Source: Octopus bimaculoides (Eukaryota). From it: a stretch of DNA of 64,000 bases. The notes beneath the pieces are model-generated. The model ran no database searches and had not been told where the DNA came from. It worked only from the letters and a program-made list of their open reading frames with translations. The stretch lies in NCBI RefSeq assembly GCF_001194135.2, contig NC_068986.1, forward strand, positions 113,851,992 to 113,915,991. The letters are read 5' to 3'. This document shows positions 38,051 to 50,420 of this stretch, in pieces. Both the position numbers and the translations under genes were made by a program. The stretch's first letter is position 1; every line of letters begins with the position of its first letter.

Positions 38051-38304
38051 AAATATATTCGCTTTATTTTTAAGATGTGCTCGTTACATTTGGGGTATTA
38101 TTTGTGTGTGCGTATGTGTATGTGAGTAAACACATGCATAAATATATATCACCACTGCCTGCCGAGCGGGAACGTGCAACTCTGAATAGCAGTTCTGTAT
38201 GATGCGTTTGCAGCTTCAATACGGAAGTTACTCTACCTTCGGTAGTCGAGTACTATTTCATTTCACTTCGTTTGGCATTTATGTGCGTACTCTCTCTCTC
38301 TCTC

Positions 38305-38364
<60 letters not shown>

Positions 38365-38378
38365 GCGCGCGCGCACAT

Positions 38379-38413
<35 letters not shown>

Positions 38414-39479
38414 CATATATGTTTCGTTGTGTTTGAGTGGGTGTTTGTGGGCGTGTATAAATTGAATTAGAACAACGAGTAAATATTACGGTAAAGATGG
38501 GTCGTTTTCTTAGCGAGAAATATAGAAGTGTGTTAGTAGAAACATTGGAAATCAACACCACTGCCAAGATGTAACCGACAGCAATAGCAACAGGATGAAT
38601 AAAGGTGACAAGAACAACAGTTACATAAACTACAACAACAACGGCTATAGCAACAACAACGACCGTGAAAAACATCAAGGAATATCGAAATGATAATCTC
38701 AGAAACAAATATCAGGAATGTATTGGAAGGAGTAAAGGGTAATGGGGGAAGGAAAAGGTGTGTTTGAGGAGGAGAAGGTAGAGGAGGAGGGGAGGAGGAG
38801 CATCTAGGATGCTAAGTAAGTGAAGCAGAAGGGAAGGAATGAAGGAAGTAAGGAAGAAAAGAAGAAATTAGAAGTATAAACAATAAATAGAAAATAGAAA
38901 ATGGAATGAATTCCTGAAGGAAAAATATGTGTAAATGTTTTATAAGATCTTGACAGTGGAGGTTTGTGTGATTGTGTCTGTTTTCATTTGTGCGTGTGTA
39001 CGTGTGTGTATTATATTTTTGTATACGTGTGTGTGTGTGTGTGCGCGTTGTGTGTGTGTGTGTGTGTGTGTGTGCGCGTTGTGTGTGTGTGTGTGTGCGC
39101 GCGCGTGGCTATTTGTGTGTCCGTGTGCGCGCGCATGTTTTACGCGTGTGTCTGTGTACGTTTGTTTCATTAGGAGCATATGTGACATTGCATATTTTAT
39201 ATNNNNNNNNNNNNNNNNNNNNNNNNNNNNNNNNNNNNNNNNNNNNNNNNNNNNNNNNNNNNNNNNNNNNNNNNNNNNNNNNNNNNNNNNNNNNNNNNNN
39301 NNNNNNNNNNNNNNNNNNNNNNNNNNNNNNNNNNNNNNNNNNNNNNNNNNNNNNNNNNNNNNNNNNNNNNNNNNNNNNNNNNNNNNNNNNNNNNNNNNNN
39401 NNNNNNNNNNNNNNNNNNNNNNNNNNNNNNNNNNNNNNNNNNNNNNNNNNNNNNNNNNNNNNNNNNNNNNNNNNNNNNN

Positions 39480-39533
<54 letters not shown>

Positions 39534-39822
39534 TATGGGGGTCTGTGTGGGAGTTGTGTATATGTAACTGTACATGTAGGCGAGTGCGAGTGTCTACATA
39601 TATATATATGCACACACAAGTATGCAGCAATGCTAATATAAATGTATGCACGTATAGATATAGTTATGCATATATGCATATAATCATATATATATATATA
39701 CACACATGCGTTCATACATTTATATGTATGCGTGTGTGTGTGTGTGTGTACGTTTGTGTGTGAACGCCAACACAAGTATATTCGTACATATATATATATA
39801 CATATATAACTACACACACACG

Positions 39823-39868
<46 letters not shown>

Positions 39869-40204
39869 CACACACACATTTATATATGCATATAGGCGTA
39901 CAGTATCATTGTGCATGGAGGTTTTTATATTGGAAAATAGTTCGACACGTGTGTAATGACTGAGATTTTCCCCTGAGCAGGAAACATTGGGTTTAATAAA
40001 AATTCTTCGCTTCGCAAACATCATTTCTGTCTTTCCATTACATTATCTGCCGTGTTATTCAAATTAATACCTCACGGCTATTTTTGCCTTCTACACGCTT
40101 TTGAATATACTAGAATATTACACTATTTCTATACACCTTCGTGTTTTCTTTTTTAAATACCAATACACGCCCACCCATCTACACTTATTCACATATACAC
40201 TCAC

Positions 40205-40238
<34 letters not shown>

Positions 40239-40292
40239 TACATGTATGTGTGTGTGTAAGCATATATGCATATCAATATCAATATATATAAA

Positions 40293-40324
<32 letters not shown>

Positions 40325-40859
40325 CATATATATATATATGCTCATATAGATGAGCTTGTGTGTTATAATTTTACGTGCGTATATGCGTCCATAAGCTGGT
40401 ATGTACGTATGTGGTGTACGACTCAGAATGCCTGTTCCTTCGTTGAAACCGCACATTGATCAAAAAATATCTAAAGCACTAGGAAAATCCTTCGATACGA
40501 CATTCATGAATATATACACATCTTCTATATCAGCCTCCATCTTAGCATATATCAGGCATAGAATTTGAAGAAATTCCACGAAGAAACACCATACCACTCT
40601 ACTTCCACACAACAGGGAGTTTAACATTTTTCTATGATAATCAAATTGTTTATAGAACAGTGAACATCTGGGGAGAAACATATGGCCATACGTCTTTTAC
40701 TGAGACACTTATATGAACGTCAAAGCAGAACAGAAGCAATTTTTTATACTAACAAAGCCATGACAAGCCTCACTCAAAACCCAACTCTACAAATGGAAAC
40801 AGGAAATACCCTAAATAAGGACATCAATTAAAGACAGGACCGGCTTAAACTTACCACCT

Positions 40860-41021
40860 ATACTCTTTTACTCTTTTACTTGTTTCAGTCATTTGACTGC
40901 GGCCATACTGGAGCACCGCCTTCAGTTGAGCAAATCGACCCCAGGACTTATTCTTGGAAGTCTAGTACTTATTTTATCGGTCTTTTGTGCTGAACCGCTA
41001 AGTTACGGGGACGTAAACACA
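40860..41021 (-). mobile_element. SINE family B 3' half
   Basis: TACTCTTTTACTCTTTTACTTGTTTCAGTCATTTGACTGCGGCCAT...CCGCTAAGTTACGGGGACGTAAACAC. Confidence 0.88.
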
Positions 41022-41044
41022 CCTATATATACATATATGTATTC

Positions 41045-41096
<52 letters not shown>

Positions 41097-41748
41097 AGCA
41101 CAGCCAGCCTAACTGCGATGTGTTGTTTATAATGACTTTGACGCCGTTGGAAGTCCGGTAAAGTCATTTCATGCATCTAAATTATGTCCCTTGGCGAAAT
41201 ATTCTCGGCACCGGCAGTGGCTCAAATGTATCAAGTTATTTCATGGTATTGTGAATCATCAGCAGTAGGAACCCAAACAATGAATACCAGACATATATCT
41301 GACAAGCTGTACAGATCAATACTGGTAAAAGAACCAGTGATGTTAGGAAAACCTGGCAGGGTGTGTATAAGTTAGCTACAAGGGAGAAAAGGAGCAGTTT
41401 TAGCGAGTATTAATAAGCATATCAAAGCTAAATTGGATGTAGTATTTCTAACGCCGTAAACTGCGGTCAACACCCCAAAAGTTTATCATTTGCCGTCTAC
41501 GCAGTGTAAGGCGTTATAAGCAACACATACAAGTTAGGTTCAGTACGCTATTTGTTATTTGTTAGAAATGCTGCTTCTGTCATTAGTAGCTAATTCACAT
41601 ACACACGCATACATACAAAAACATATACCATATATATATAGTAAATCAAAAAAAAGAAAAACGAAGAAGAAACACACGAAAAAGCAACAACGCGAGGAAT
41701 TGGTACATGTAGAGTATTAGCAGACGCTCAGGAAAGGAAAGAAAGGTG

Positions 41749-41783
41749 GTTTTACGTTTCGAGCAAAGCTCTTCTTCAGAAAC
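41749..41783 (-). ncRNA. Minimal type I hammerhead ribozyme-like motif in a Penelope-type terminal fragment (41680-41790)
   Basis: Minus strand GUUU-CUGAAGA-A-GAGC-UUU-GCUC-GAAACGU-A-AAAC: stem I GUUU/AAAC, stem II GAGC/GCUC, palindromic ACGU stem III. Confidence 0.55.
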
Positions 41784-42749
41784 AGAGGATGACGGGGAAA
41801 AAAAAAATCGCCAACTATTCCCATGTGGTTACTACTATTTAACACAGTCTTTTACTTGAAATTTGTAGACGGAGAAATTTACCTTGAGTCTATTAGATGC
41901 CATGGTGCCTAACCACTTACTGTGTTAGCGGGGTACTTGTGAACATATTTCTGCGTGGATACATCTTTCAGATGTATCCACAACTGATTCAAATCTGGCG
42001 TAGAAAATAAAAAGACGTGCTTCACACATCAGTTTAGTTATCAGCCATAACCAGTAGAAGGGAATCAGCTTCCTCAGTGTAACCAGGTGACATCGTTGCT
42101 TCTGGCAACGCCCTATCATCTTTAACTAAGTGGATGAGATATTCCCAGTTCTTAGACATGTTTATGACTGAGGTTGTCGTGCAGCAGATCATGGCCACCA
42201 TATTCAAGAGCCGCGAGACGATGAAGCCTTTTGGTAACTGGTGCCAGACGTGTGAAGAACGAGGGTGTCGCGTACATGTATTTTATGATAAAAGACAGTA
42301 TTTTATTTATTCGAAGCTGTGGAGATTCATGGGAGCGTTTGGCATCCAGCAACTCACTATTGTTCGCGTTGCGTCCTGGATGTCGTCAGTCGAAAAATAA
42401 TCGGTAGCTAATAATTAGTTTTTTTATTTTTATTTTTAATGTTCTGGTTTAATATAGGGACGCTCGTGGCATGGTAAGGGCCCAAAATAATTTCCATATT
42501 ATTGCATTTGAAATAGATGTCTTTCTGTCCAAGAAATATATTTAATATATTTTTGGAATCAATTACAATTTGGCTTCAGTATCCCAAAGTGTAAGAATAA
42601 TCTTTGTGTTTTACTTATCAGCTAAAGTATATTATATCTATTTACAACTCTCTCTCTCTCTCTGTCTCTCTCTCTCTCTCTTTCTTTCTCACACACACAC
42701 ATATATATATCACAAGTACAAATGTATATAAATATATATATATATATAG

Positions 42750-42840
<91 letters not shown>

Positions 42841-43458
42841 TATATACTCACACACACAGATATACATATATATATATGTGTATGAATATCAACAAAATTA
42901 TACACACATATCTATTGCGTTTATTGCATGTAAATAAGCAGCCATCTCCCTAGGTTACACTATAGAAGTAGGAATAAAAAATAATAATTTCAAATTGCAT
43001 GTAGAAAATAAATACGATCTCGAAATTTTTTTTTTAGAAACGAAAAACAAAATCTCTAACAACAAAATAATAAAAGATTTATTAAATTTAATTCTACCTG
43101 CAAAACCCGTGCCTTCTCAGCATTGTTGCGTGATCATTTTCCTGCAATTGGCTAAATTTTCAGTTTGTGTACTATTAAATCAAATACTGAACCGAAAAAT
43201 CATTCTGTTTTTGGGGATTTTTTTTTCCATATTGTTCATTGCAAACTCTATTACAAGATGCAAATATTCGTATTTAAATATAAACGTACATTTATTTAGT
43301 TATTTATTCATTTATGTATTACATTGCCGTTTATCTAGAATATAAATATATTGTCATTATTGACAATGCGACTAAAATATTATGTCTAACCTATCTATCT
43401 ATCTATCTATCTATCTCTCTATATATCATACACACATGCATATATATGTGTATGTGCG

Positions 43459-43515
<57 letters not shown>

Positions 43516-43710
43516 ATCATAAGCGAGTGAATCACTCCAAGAGTATAAATGTTCGCCCCCTCAAGAATGTCAGAATAGAACAGAACCCGAGCAGGTAAAC
43601 ATAGCAAATAGATGATGGTATATGACTATAGCTTAAAATGAGGGTTTCTCATAGATATCAGTTGAAACCTAATGTATTGAAGAAATTAATGGAAATAGAG
43701 TTGAGTGGAG

Positions 43711-43813
43711 GAGATCAAGAAAGACAAAAGTGGTGAAGATCAGGAAAGACAAGAGCGGAGATCAAGAAAGAGAAGAGCGGAGAAGATCAAGAAAGAAAGA
43801 GAAGAGTGGATCA
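43711..43813. repeat. Purine-rich minisatellite, about 21-24 bp unit x4-5 (GATCAAGAAAGACAAGAGCGGA)
   Basis: GATCA(A/G)GAAAG recurs at regular spacing. Confidence 0.8.
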
Positions 43814-43864
43814 ACCAACACAAATGACTTGTTTATAGTGATCAAATGTATCTGCTGTACATTA

Positions 43865-44050
43865 GGTCACGCTCTCCATCAAATGCACGTTGCCTGACCA
43901 GGTACACGGTGTATCACATGTCAGATGGCGAAGTAACCACAGAGCAGCGTGAGATGAAGTGTCTTTACTCAAGAACACAACGTATCTCTCTGTCTAAGAA
44001 CAGAAACGAAGATCTTGCCGTCGGAATTGCATCACCCTAACCACGCACTC
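43865..44050 (-). mobile_element. CORE-like SINE (decayed)
   Basis: GTGAGATGAAGTGTCTTTACTCAAGAACACAACG...CCCTAACCAC. Confidence 0.6.
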
Positions 44051-44200
44051 TCGCAACGTGTTGTATATATTCCATGTAACATATAACAAGTAGTGTTCCT
44101 AACGAAACGATTCTGAAGTCTTAAAAATGCCAAAACGGATAAGTGGACTTTAGTGCTCGATGGAATAAAACAAAACTGTGACGAATATATTAACATTATC

Positions 44201-44406
44201 TAGGCGGCGAGCTGGCAGAAACGTTAGCACACCAAGCGAAATGCTTAGCGCTATTTCGTCAATTTTTACGTTCTGAGTTCAAATTCCACCGAGGTTCACT
44301 TTGCCTTTCATCCTTTCGGGGTCGATAAATTAAGTACCAGTTGAGTACTGGGATCAATCTAATAGACTGGCCCCCTCCTCCAAAATTTCGGGCCTTGAGT
44401 AGAAGA
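44201..44406 (+). mobile_element. SINE family A with a perfect 18-bp TSD
   Basis: GAATATATTAACATTATC at 44183-44200 and 44407-44424. Confidence 0.95.
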
Positions 44407-45098
44407 GAATATATTAACATTATCAATAACCTTCCCCAATAGATCTTACATCGTTTGCAATAAGGTAGAATGAAAGTGTTTTAGAAAAAATATTTCGAAA
44501 AGGAAATGTTTAGGAGAGAAGTCATATTATTGCATTCGTTTGATATGAATGACCGCTTTAGTAAGTATTTTGACAATGGAATCGGGGCGAACCTTAAGCT
44601 ACGCTAAATTTAGTGGATTAAATATTCAAGTTATATGCAGCGGTGAATTCTTTGCAATTCCGGTTTCATAAAGAACGGTGTTAAATATACAAGATAGTTC
44701 TATGCTATACTAAAACTTATATTTGTTTTGTTTCATTATTTTTGAAACTAACAACAACTATATCAAGGATAAAGGTAGTTAGAACTAACCAGATGCGGAA
44801 TTGTAACGTGTATCTAATTTCGGTTGGTGGCTCATACTGACAGGATAATAGTGTTTACACGAGAGTGTAGTGTAAATTACAGTATCTCATTGAACTCAAC
44901 TAGAAGAATAGAACGTCTTTCAAATATGTGGTGTGACATGGTGGCGGGGGGGGGGGGAATTATTGTAAGGGAGATAATCTCACGTAGGTAAATCTTGACG
45001 GGATCAGACAAATGAACTTTTAATCGAAGAACAAAGAAATTCTTAAAATTGCCTGCCATAGCTAATCCTGATTAGTGCCATTTGATTCTTAGTCGTCA

Positions 45099-45392
45099 AG
45101 GCGCATGGCTTAGTGGTCGTGAATTCAATTCCCGGCAATACATTGTGACCTTGAGCAAGGCACTTTACTTCTCATTGCTCCAGTTCACTCAGCTGGCAAA
45201 AATGAGTAGTACCTGTATTTCAAAGGGGACAGCCTTGTTGCATTTGGTGCCACACTGAATCTTCCTGAGAACTACGCTAAGGATACACGTGTCTGTTGGA
45301 TGCTCAACCAGTTGCACGTTAATTTCACGAGCAGGCCGTTCCCTTGATCGGATCAACTGGAACCCTCGTCGTCGTAACCGACGGAGTGCCAT
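45099..45392 (+). mobile_element. CORE-like tRNA-derived SINE (family C tail)
   Basis: A box TGGCTTAGTGG, B-box-like AATTCAATTCCC, CORE-like GTGACCTTGAGCAAGGCACTTTAC. The tail CTCGTCGTCGTAACCGACGG is also seen at about 19360-19385. Confidence 0.8.
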
Positions 45393-45857
45393 TCTTATTA
45401 AAAATCATCATCGTGACATAACCAGAGGCCAATAAATCGAACTAAATTAAGCATTGTACGAAGATATAAACGAGAGATGTTGCTGATAAGAAAGGTATAG
45501 GTTTAAGTTAATTAGTAATAGAATTAATTGATTGTCGACCAGCCTGTCCTTCTACTGACCCTCTCATTTGATGACCACGTGGCAAATACAAGATAATTAA
45601 TATCATCACCATCACTATATGTTACTCTCGCAGGCGTCACTGATTTAGAAAATGAGTAAGCCAGGGACGCCATCTGCATAGAAAATTAGTTAAGTTAGTT
45701 AACATGATTATTATATGTCATGTACCCAAAAACAAAAAAAAACTAAAATCAAGTGTAATGGGCTCATATGGAGATGCCGCTTGCTTATAAATTCAAAGTC
45801 GAATTTGTTAAGATGATTGCTATACATCACGTAAAGATTGTTTTAAAAATCAGATCA

Positions 45858-46035
45858 GGCGCAGACGTGGCTGTGTAGTAAGACGCTTTCTTCCCAACCA
45901 CATGGTTCCGGGTTCAGTCCCACTGCGTTGCACATTGGCCAACTGTCTTCTACTATAGCCTCAGGCCGATCAAAGCCTTGTGAGTGGATTTGGTAGACAG
46001 AAACTGAAAGAAGCTCGTCGTATAAATATGCGCTT

Positions 46036-46090
<55 letters not shown>

Positions 46091-46283
46091 TCCCCCCACA
46101 ATCGCTTGATGACCGATGTTGGTGTGTTTATATCTCCGTAACTTAGCGGTTCGGCAAATGGTACCGATAGAATAAGTACTCGGCTTACAAAGAATAAACC
46201 CTGGAGTTGATTTGTTCGACTAAAGGCGGTGCTGCAGCATGGCCGCAGTCAGATGACTGCAACAATTGAAAGAATAGAAGAAA
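45858..46283 (+). mobile_element. Full-length SINE family B (tRNA head, CORE-like block, internal (TG)n)
   Basis: A box TGGCTGTGTAG, B box GGGTTCAGTCCC, TTGGCCAACTGTCTTCTACTATAGCC, internal (TG)n at about 46040-46087. Confidence 0.9.
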
Positions 46284-47887
46284 TATTGTGATGATGATGT
46301 AAATAGACGGAAATATACCCGGAGTTATCGTCCGTGTTCAACGAAGGAATCGATGTTGCAAAACCCCAGGAAATATCACATTTTATATATTTTCTTCAAT
46401 TTAGTTGCATAAATTTCTAAATCTTCATAGAATCATTATATTAGGCTCGATTGCTTATTGCATCTTGCTCCATAGTTAAGAGATTGTTGAGAGTATAACA
46501 CAAGAAACTGGTTTAGTCAATCAAAGATTTCCATTCCTCATGTCACTCCATGATTAAGCTACTTTAAAGCGTTCAGTTCTATACACTGTTTCAGTGGGTT
46601 GAAGATGTGGTCCATGTCCCCGATGCCTTTTATATTTAAGCATCATTAAAACTGAACAACGGTTTTAAATAATTGCTATGTCCTCAATACAATTTCATAG
46701 TCAAACTTATTCAAAATGCATAAAAAAAGTGAGGTTCGGTGTGTTTAAAATGTTTATATCACCGATGTCGCTCCAAAGTTAAGGATATTTAACGTGCGGC
46801 AATCGAAGGCACGAATGCTGTCACAAACAGAACGATGTGATAGATAATATAATATGAAAGATAACATTAATCATTGTTGCTGGTGTTGTTTGTTATCACA
46901 TAAACATTTCTGGTTATCTTCGCCGTGCAATTTAATATATTAACAATAACGTAGCTCGCTCTAACTCCCGATTTCTCTTTAACTGTTTAATTATATAATT
47001 ATTTCTAGGTAGCTATTTGATGCTCCTTATGCTATATATGTCAACGCTAATTTAATTGCTATTTTAGTTTATAAATCAAGTAATTAATGAACTAACTAAT
47101 TATCTCTAAGTGATTAAGCAGGAAATCTGAGCCGTTTTTGACTCAGATCTCAAGTGGGACACTACTGCGATGATACTGAAAATCTACTCCACCTTAGGTC
47201 GGTTCTTTAAGATTTGGTAGTTCTTTCGAAAGTCTTCCGATGACAAAATCAATAAGTTGGCAGTCGACAGATCACTGTGACATTGGAGTGTAATTCTAGA
47301 TGTTAGAATAGAGATTAGTGAACTAGGACGAGATAGGGTAGAGGAAGCGGATGGGAATCATAGAGGGGGGGGGAGAGAAAGAAATGATAGGGGATATTAA
47401 TGAGGGGTTTAGGTTTTGAGAAAGATATACAGATATTAGTAGTGTTTGTGTGTGAGAGGGGAAGTATGTAATACATAGGGTGGGGATTGAAATAAACAAA
47501 GAAACGGAGAGGCAGGAGAGAAGAAAATGCAAGAGGTAGTAAGAAGGAAGAGGAATCAATAGTTATAGAGAGATAGAGAGAAGAATAGATGAAGAGGTGG
47601 AGAGAGTGAAGTGGGGAAGGATGTAGAGTCAGGGGTTAATTACTCATACACACATAGATGCACACACACATACATCCATGCGCCTTTATGTATGAATTTA
47701 TATAGAAATTTGGAGATGCAACCAGGAGAGCTGAACTGAAAAGATGAGTGTATATATATCATTTATTATTAATAATCGGCTGACGCTACGGAGTAACTTG
47801 GGGGCCGAGAGCTTCGTGCATTTGTAACATAGGTGATAGCACATGAAACTCCTGGTCATTGGGTCACGCGGTACATTTTCCTTTGTT

Positions 47888-48070
47888 ATGATAGATAGAT
47901 AGATAGATAGATAGATAGACGGACAGACAGACAGACAGATAGATAGATAAATAGACAGACAAACAGATAGATAAATAGGCAGACAGACAGATAGATAAAT
48001 AGACAGACAGACAGATAGATAAATAGACAGACAGACAGATAGATAAATAGACAGACAGACAGATAGATAA

Positions 48071-48139
<69 letters not shown>

Positions 48140-48156
48140 TAAAGATAGATAGATAG
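47888..48156. repeat. (GATA)n/(GACA)n compound microsatellite with a 24-bp higher-order unit
   Basis: AGATAGATAAATAGACAGACAGAC x6 at 47941-48084. Confidence 0.92.
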
Positions 48157-48577
48157 CGAGTTATATAAATATACAAACTACAACAGTTCATAAAATATAT
48201 TTCCTATGTTTTTAGGTTGTTGAAAATGTGGAATGTTGATTCTAAATATATTATCAAATTTGGTTTATGCATTCTACTTTTAGAGCTAAACATATCTCTG
48301 CTGATGTGATCGCTTCCACGCCGAAATTGGAGATATCATATGTACCTTACATATTGGATAAATATATTAATGATACGCTGGTTCCAAAATTGCCATCGAT
48401 TTTAATCCGTTTAGCTCTCATAGATCAATGATCTGTTATTTTGGTACCAAAAATTACAATGGTGATTCTCTTAATATATCAGGTGCTATCAACGCAATCT
48501 GCGTATTACAACCAACGTTTATTTCTGAAAGACAGCTTATAGGGCACAGTATCGTAATTTAATATGAATTGTAACGT

Positions 48578-48796
48578 TGAAGGCAGTCACATGACAGAAC
48601 TGTTATCACGCCGAACAAAATGCTTAGCGCATATCCTTCGTCTTTGCCGTTCACAGTTCAAATTCAGCCGAAAGTCGACTTTACCTTCTATCTGTTCGGG
48701 AGTTGATAAAATGAGCACCAGTAGCACACTGGGGGTCAAAGTAATCCTCTTACCCCCTCCCCCGAAATTGCTGACATTGTGTCAAAATTTGAAACA
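48578..48796 (+). mobile_element. SINE family A (diverged) with a 15-bp TSD
   Basis: AATATGAATTGTAAC at 48561-48575 and 48797-48811. Confidence 0.88.
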
Positions 48797-48929
48797 AATA
48801 TGAATTGTAACTGAAAAATAAACAGCGCATAGAGCATGGTTGGTTATTTAGCAGAGAAGAAGCGTCTTTTACATGAATACCATATCCTATTGGGATGATG
48901 CCGAAACTACCCTCGACCATGATGTCTGA

Positions 48930-49355
48930 TATTGTATGACTGTGTGTGAAGAAATTCGCTTTCAAACCAGATTGTTTGGGGTAGAGTCTTACTGCGCCTG
49001 AACTTGGGCAAGTCCCTTCTATAATAACCCTGGGCCGACCACAACAAGCAATGCTTCATGAGCGAATTTGGTAAACAGAAACTGTGTGGAATCCACCATA
49101 TATCATCTCTGGGAGTGGGGAGAAAGAGCGTGAATGAATATGGGTGAGTGCATCTGTATGTTTGTCTTTCTCTTTGTCTTTTTTTACAGTTTGACAACCG
49201 CTGTTGGTTTCTTTACACTCCCCATAACTCAGCTGACAGAATAAGTACCAGACATTACAAAACATAAGAACTGAGATCGATTTGTTCGATGAAACCTTTC
49301 GAAGTGGTGCTCCAATATGACCACACTCCAACGCCTTAAACAACTAAACGATAGA
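48930..49355 (+). mobile_element. SINE family B (diverged)
   Basis: AACTTGGGCAAGTCCCTTCTATAATAACCCTGGGCCGACC...GATCGATTTGTTCGA...GTGGTGCTCCAATATGACC. Confidence 0.75.
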
Positions 49356-49369
49356 AATATATAAAAGAC

Positions 49370-50420
49370 TAATATTTCCCAGGATAATTCCGTTGAACGT
49401 TGTAGCAGTGAGAAAGGCAATAACAAGGAGGCTCTCACTGCTACCAATCCGACCATGACATCCAGAAAAATTAGTGTCTACAACAGAAAGAGCGGTTGTA
49501 AGAGTATCTGACGCCTCAAAAATAGCCATAGCTATAATGTTGATAGGAACTCTATCGAAAATTACAGCAGCCTCAACAGAAACACAAAGCACTCACGCAT
49601 AGAAACGTGTCCTCCATTCTTTGTCAGGCGTCTCCGAATCCAGGATCTCATTGTCAGAAAAAGGTTGAGAGGTTGGTATTCAGACGAGAAGAAGCAGGTA
49701 TAAAAAAAGAGTAGAAAATATATTCTCATGAAGTTTCGGCTATCCTTCAGAAAGGAACTCATCAATCATCGATTCACTACTACTACTAGTAGTAGTAGTA
49801 GTAGTAGTTATAATAATCTTTTCTACTCTAGGCACAAGGCCCGAAACTTGGGGGGAGGGGGCCAGTTCATTGGATACGCAACTAGTACTTAAATTATCGA
49901 CCCCGAAAGGATGAAAGGGCAAAGTCGACCTCGGCGGAATTTGAACTCAGAACATAAAGACAGATGAAATATCGTTAAGCATTTCTGCCGGCGTGCTAAA
50001 TTTCCTTATTTCTTTATTGCTTACAAGAGGCTAAACATAGAGGGGATAAACAAGGACAGACAAAGGGATTAAGTCGATTACATCGACTCCAGTGCGTAAT
50101 TGGTACTTAATTTAGCGACCCCGAAAGGATGAAACGCAAAGTCGACCTCGGCGGAATTTGGACTCAGAACGTAACGGCAGACGAAATACCGTTATGCATT
50201 TCGTCCGGCGTGCAAACGTTTCTGCCAGCTCGCCACCTTACATAATAACAATACCAACAACCTATTTCACCATAGCCAACAGGAAGAGGAAAGCATTATA
50301 ACGACCGGTCGAGGCACTCCACAAGTCAGCAATGCTCGCGCACTGCATATGTATAGCTGTAAGATCATTTTCCGGTCTGCACGCATCTCGGAAAGCTTCA
50401 CCTGGTGACTATCACCTACC
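49370..50420 (+). mobile_element. Possible very old APE-type LINE RT remnant, split by the SINE dimer
   Basis: DRNSIENYSSL (cf. DR...NYRPISL) at about 49545 and GRGTPQVS (cf. RG.PQG) at about 50307; heavily decayed. Confidence 0.3.
49818..50240 (-). mobile_element. Dimeric family A SINE (second copy)
   Basis: Same two-monomer order, tails and A-rich junction as 18844-19278. Confidence 0.9.

Noticed and set aside
2598-40024. Long ORFs containing X runs or YI/CV/HT dipeptide repeats (e.g. 7917-8663, 12436-13922, 28286-28878, 34977-36020, 38935-40024)
   Set aside because: Artefacts of N gaps and (TA)n/(TG)n microsatellites, which lack stop codons.
43711-43813. Regularly spaced repeats as a possible CRISPR-like array (also 1704-1755 and 47941-48084)
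   Set aside because: Contiguous tandem units without unique spacers, in a eukaryotic context with no cas genes.
45858-45935. tRNA-like A/B boxes here and in the other SINE heads
   Set aside because: They continue into SINE core and tail sequence and lack a full cloverleaf; these are SINE promoters, not tRNA genes.
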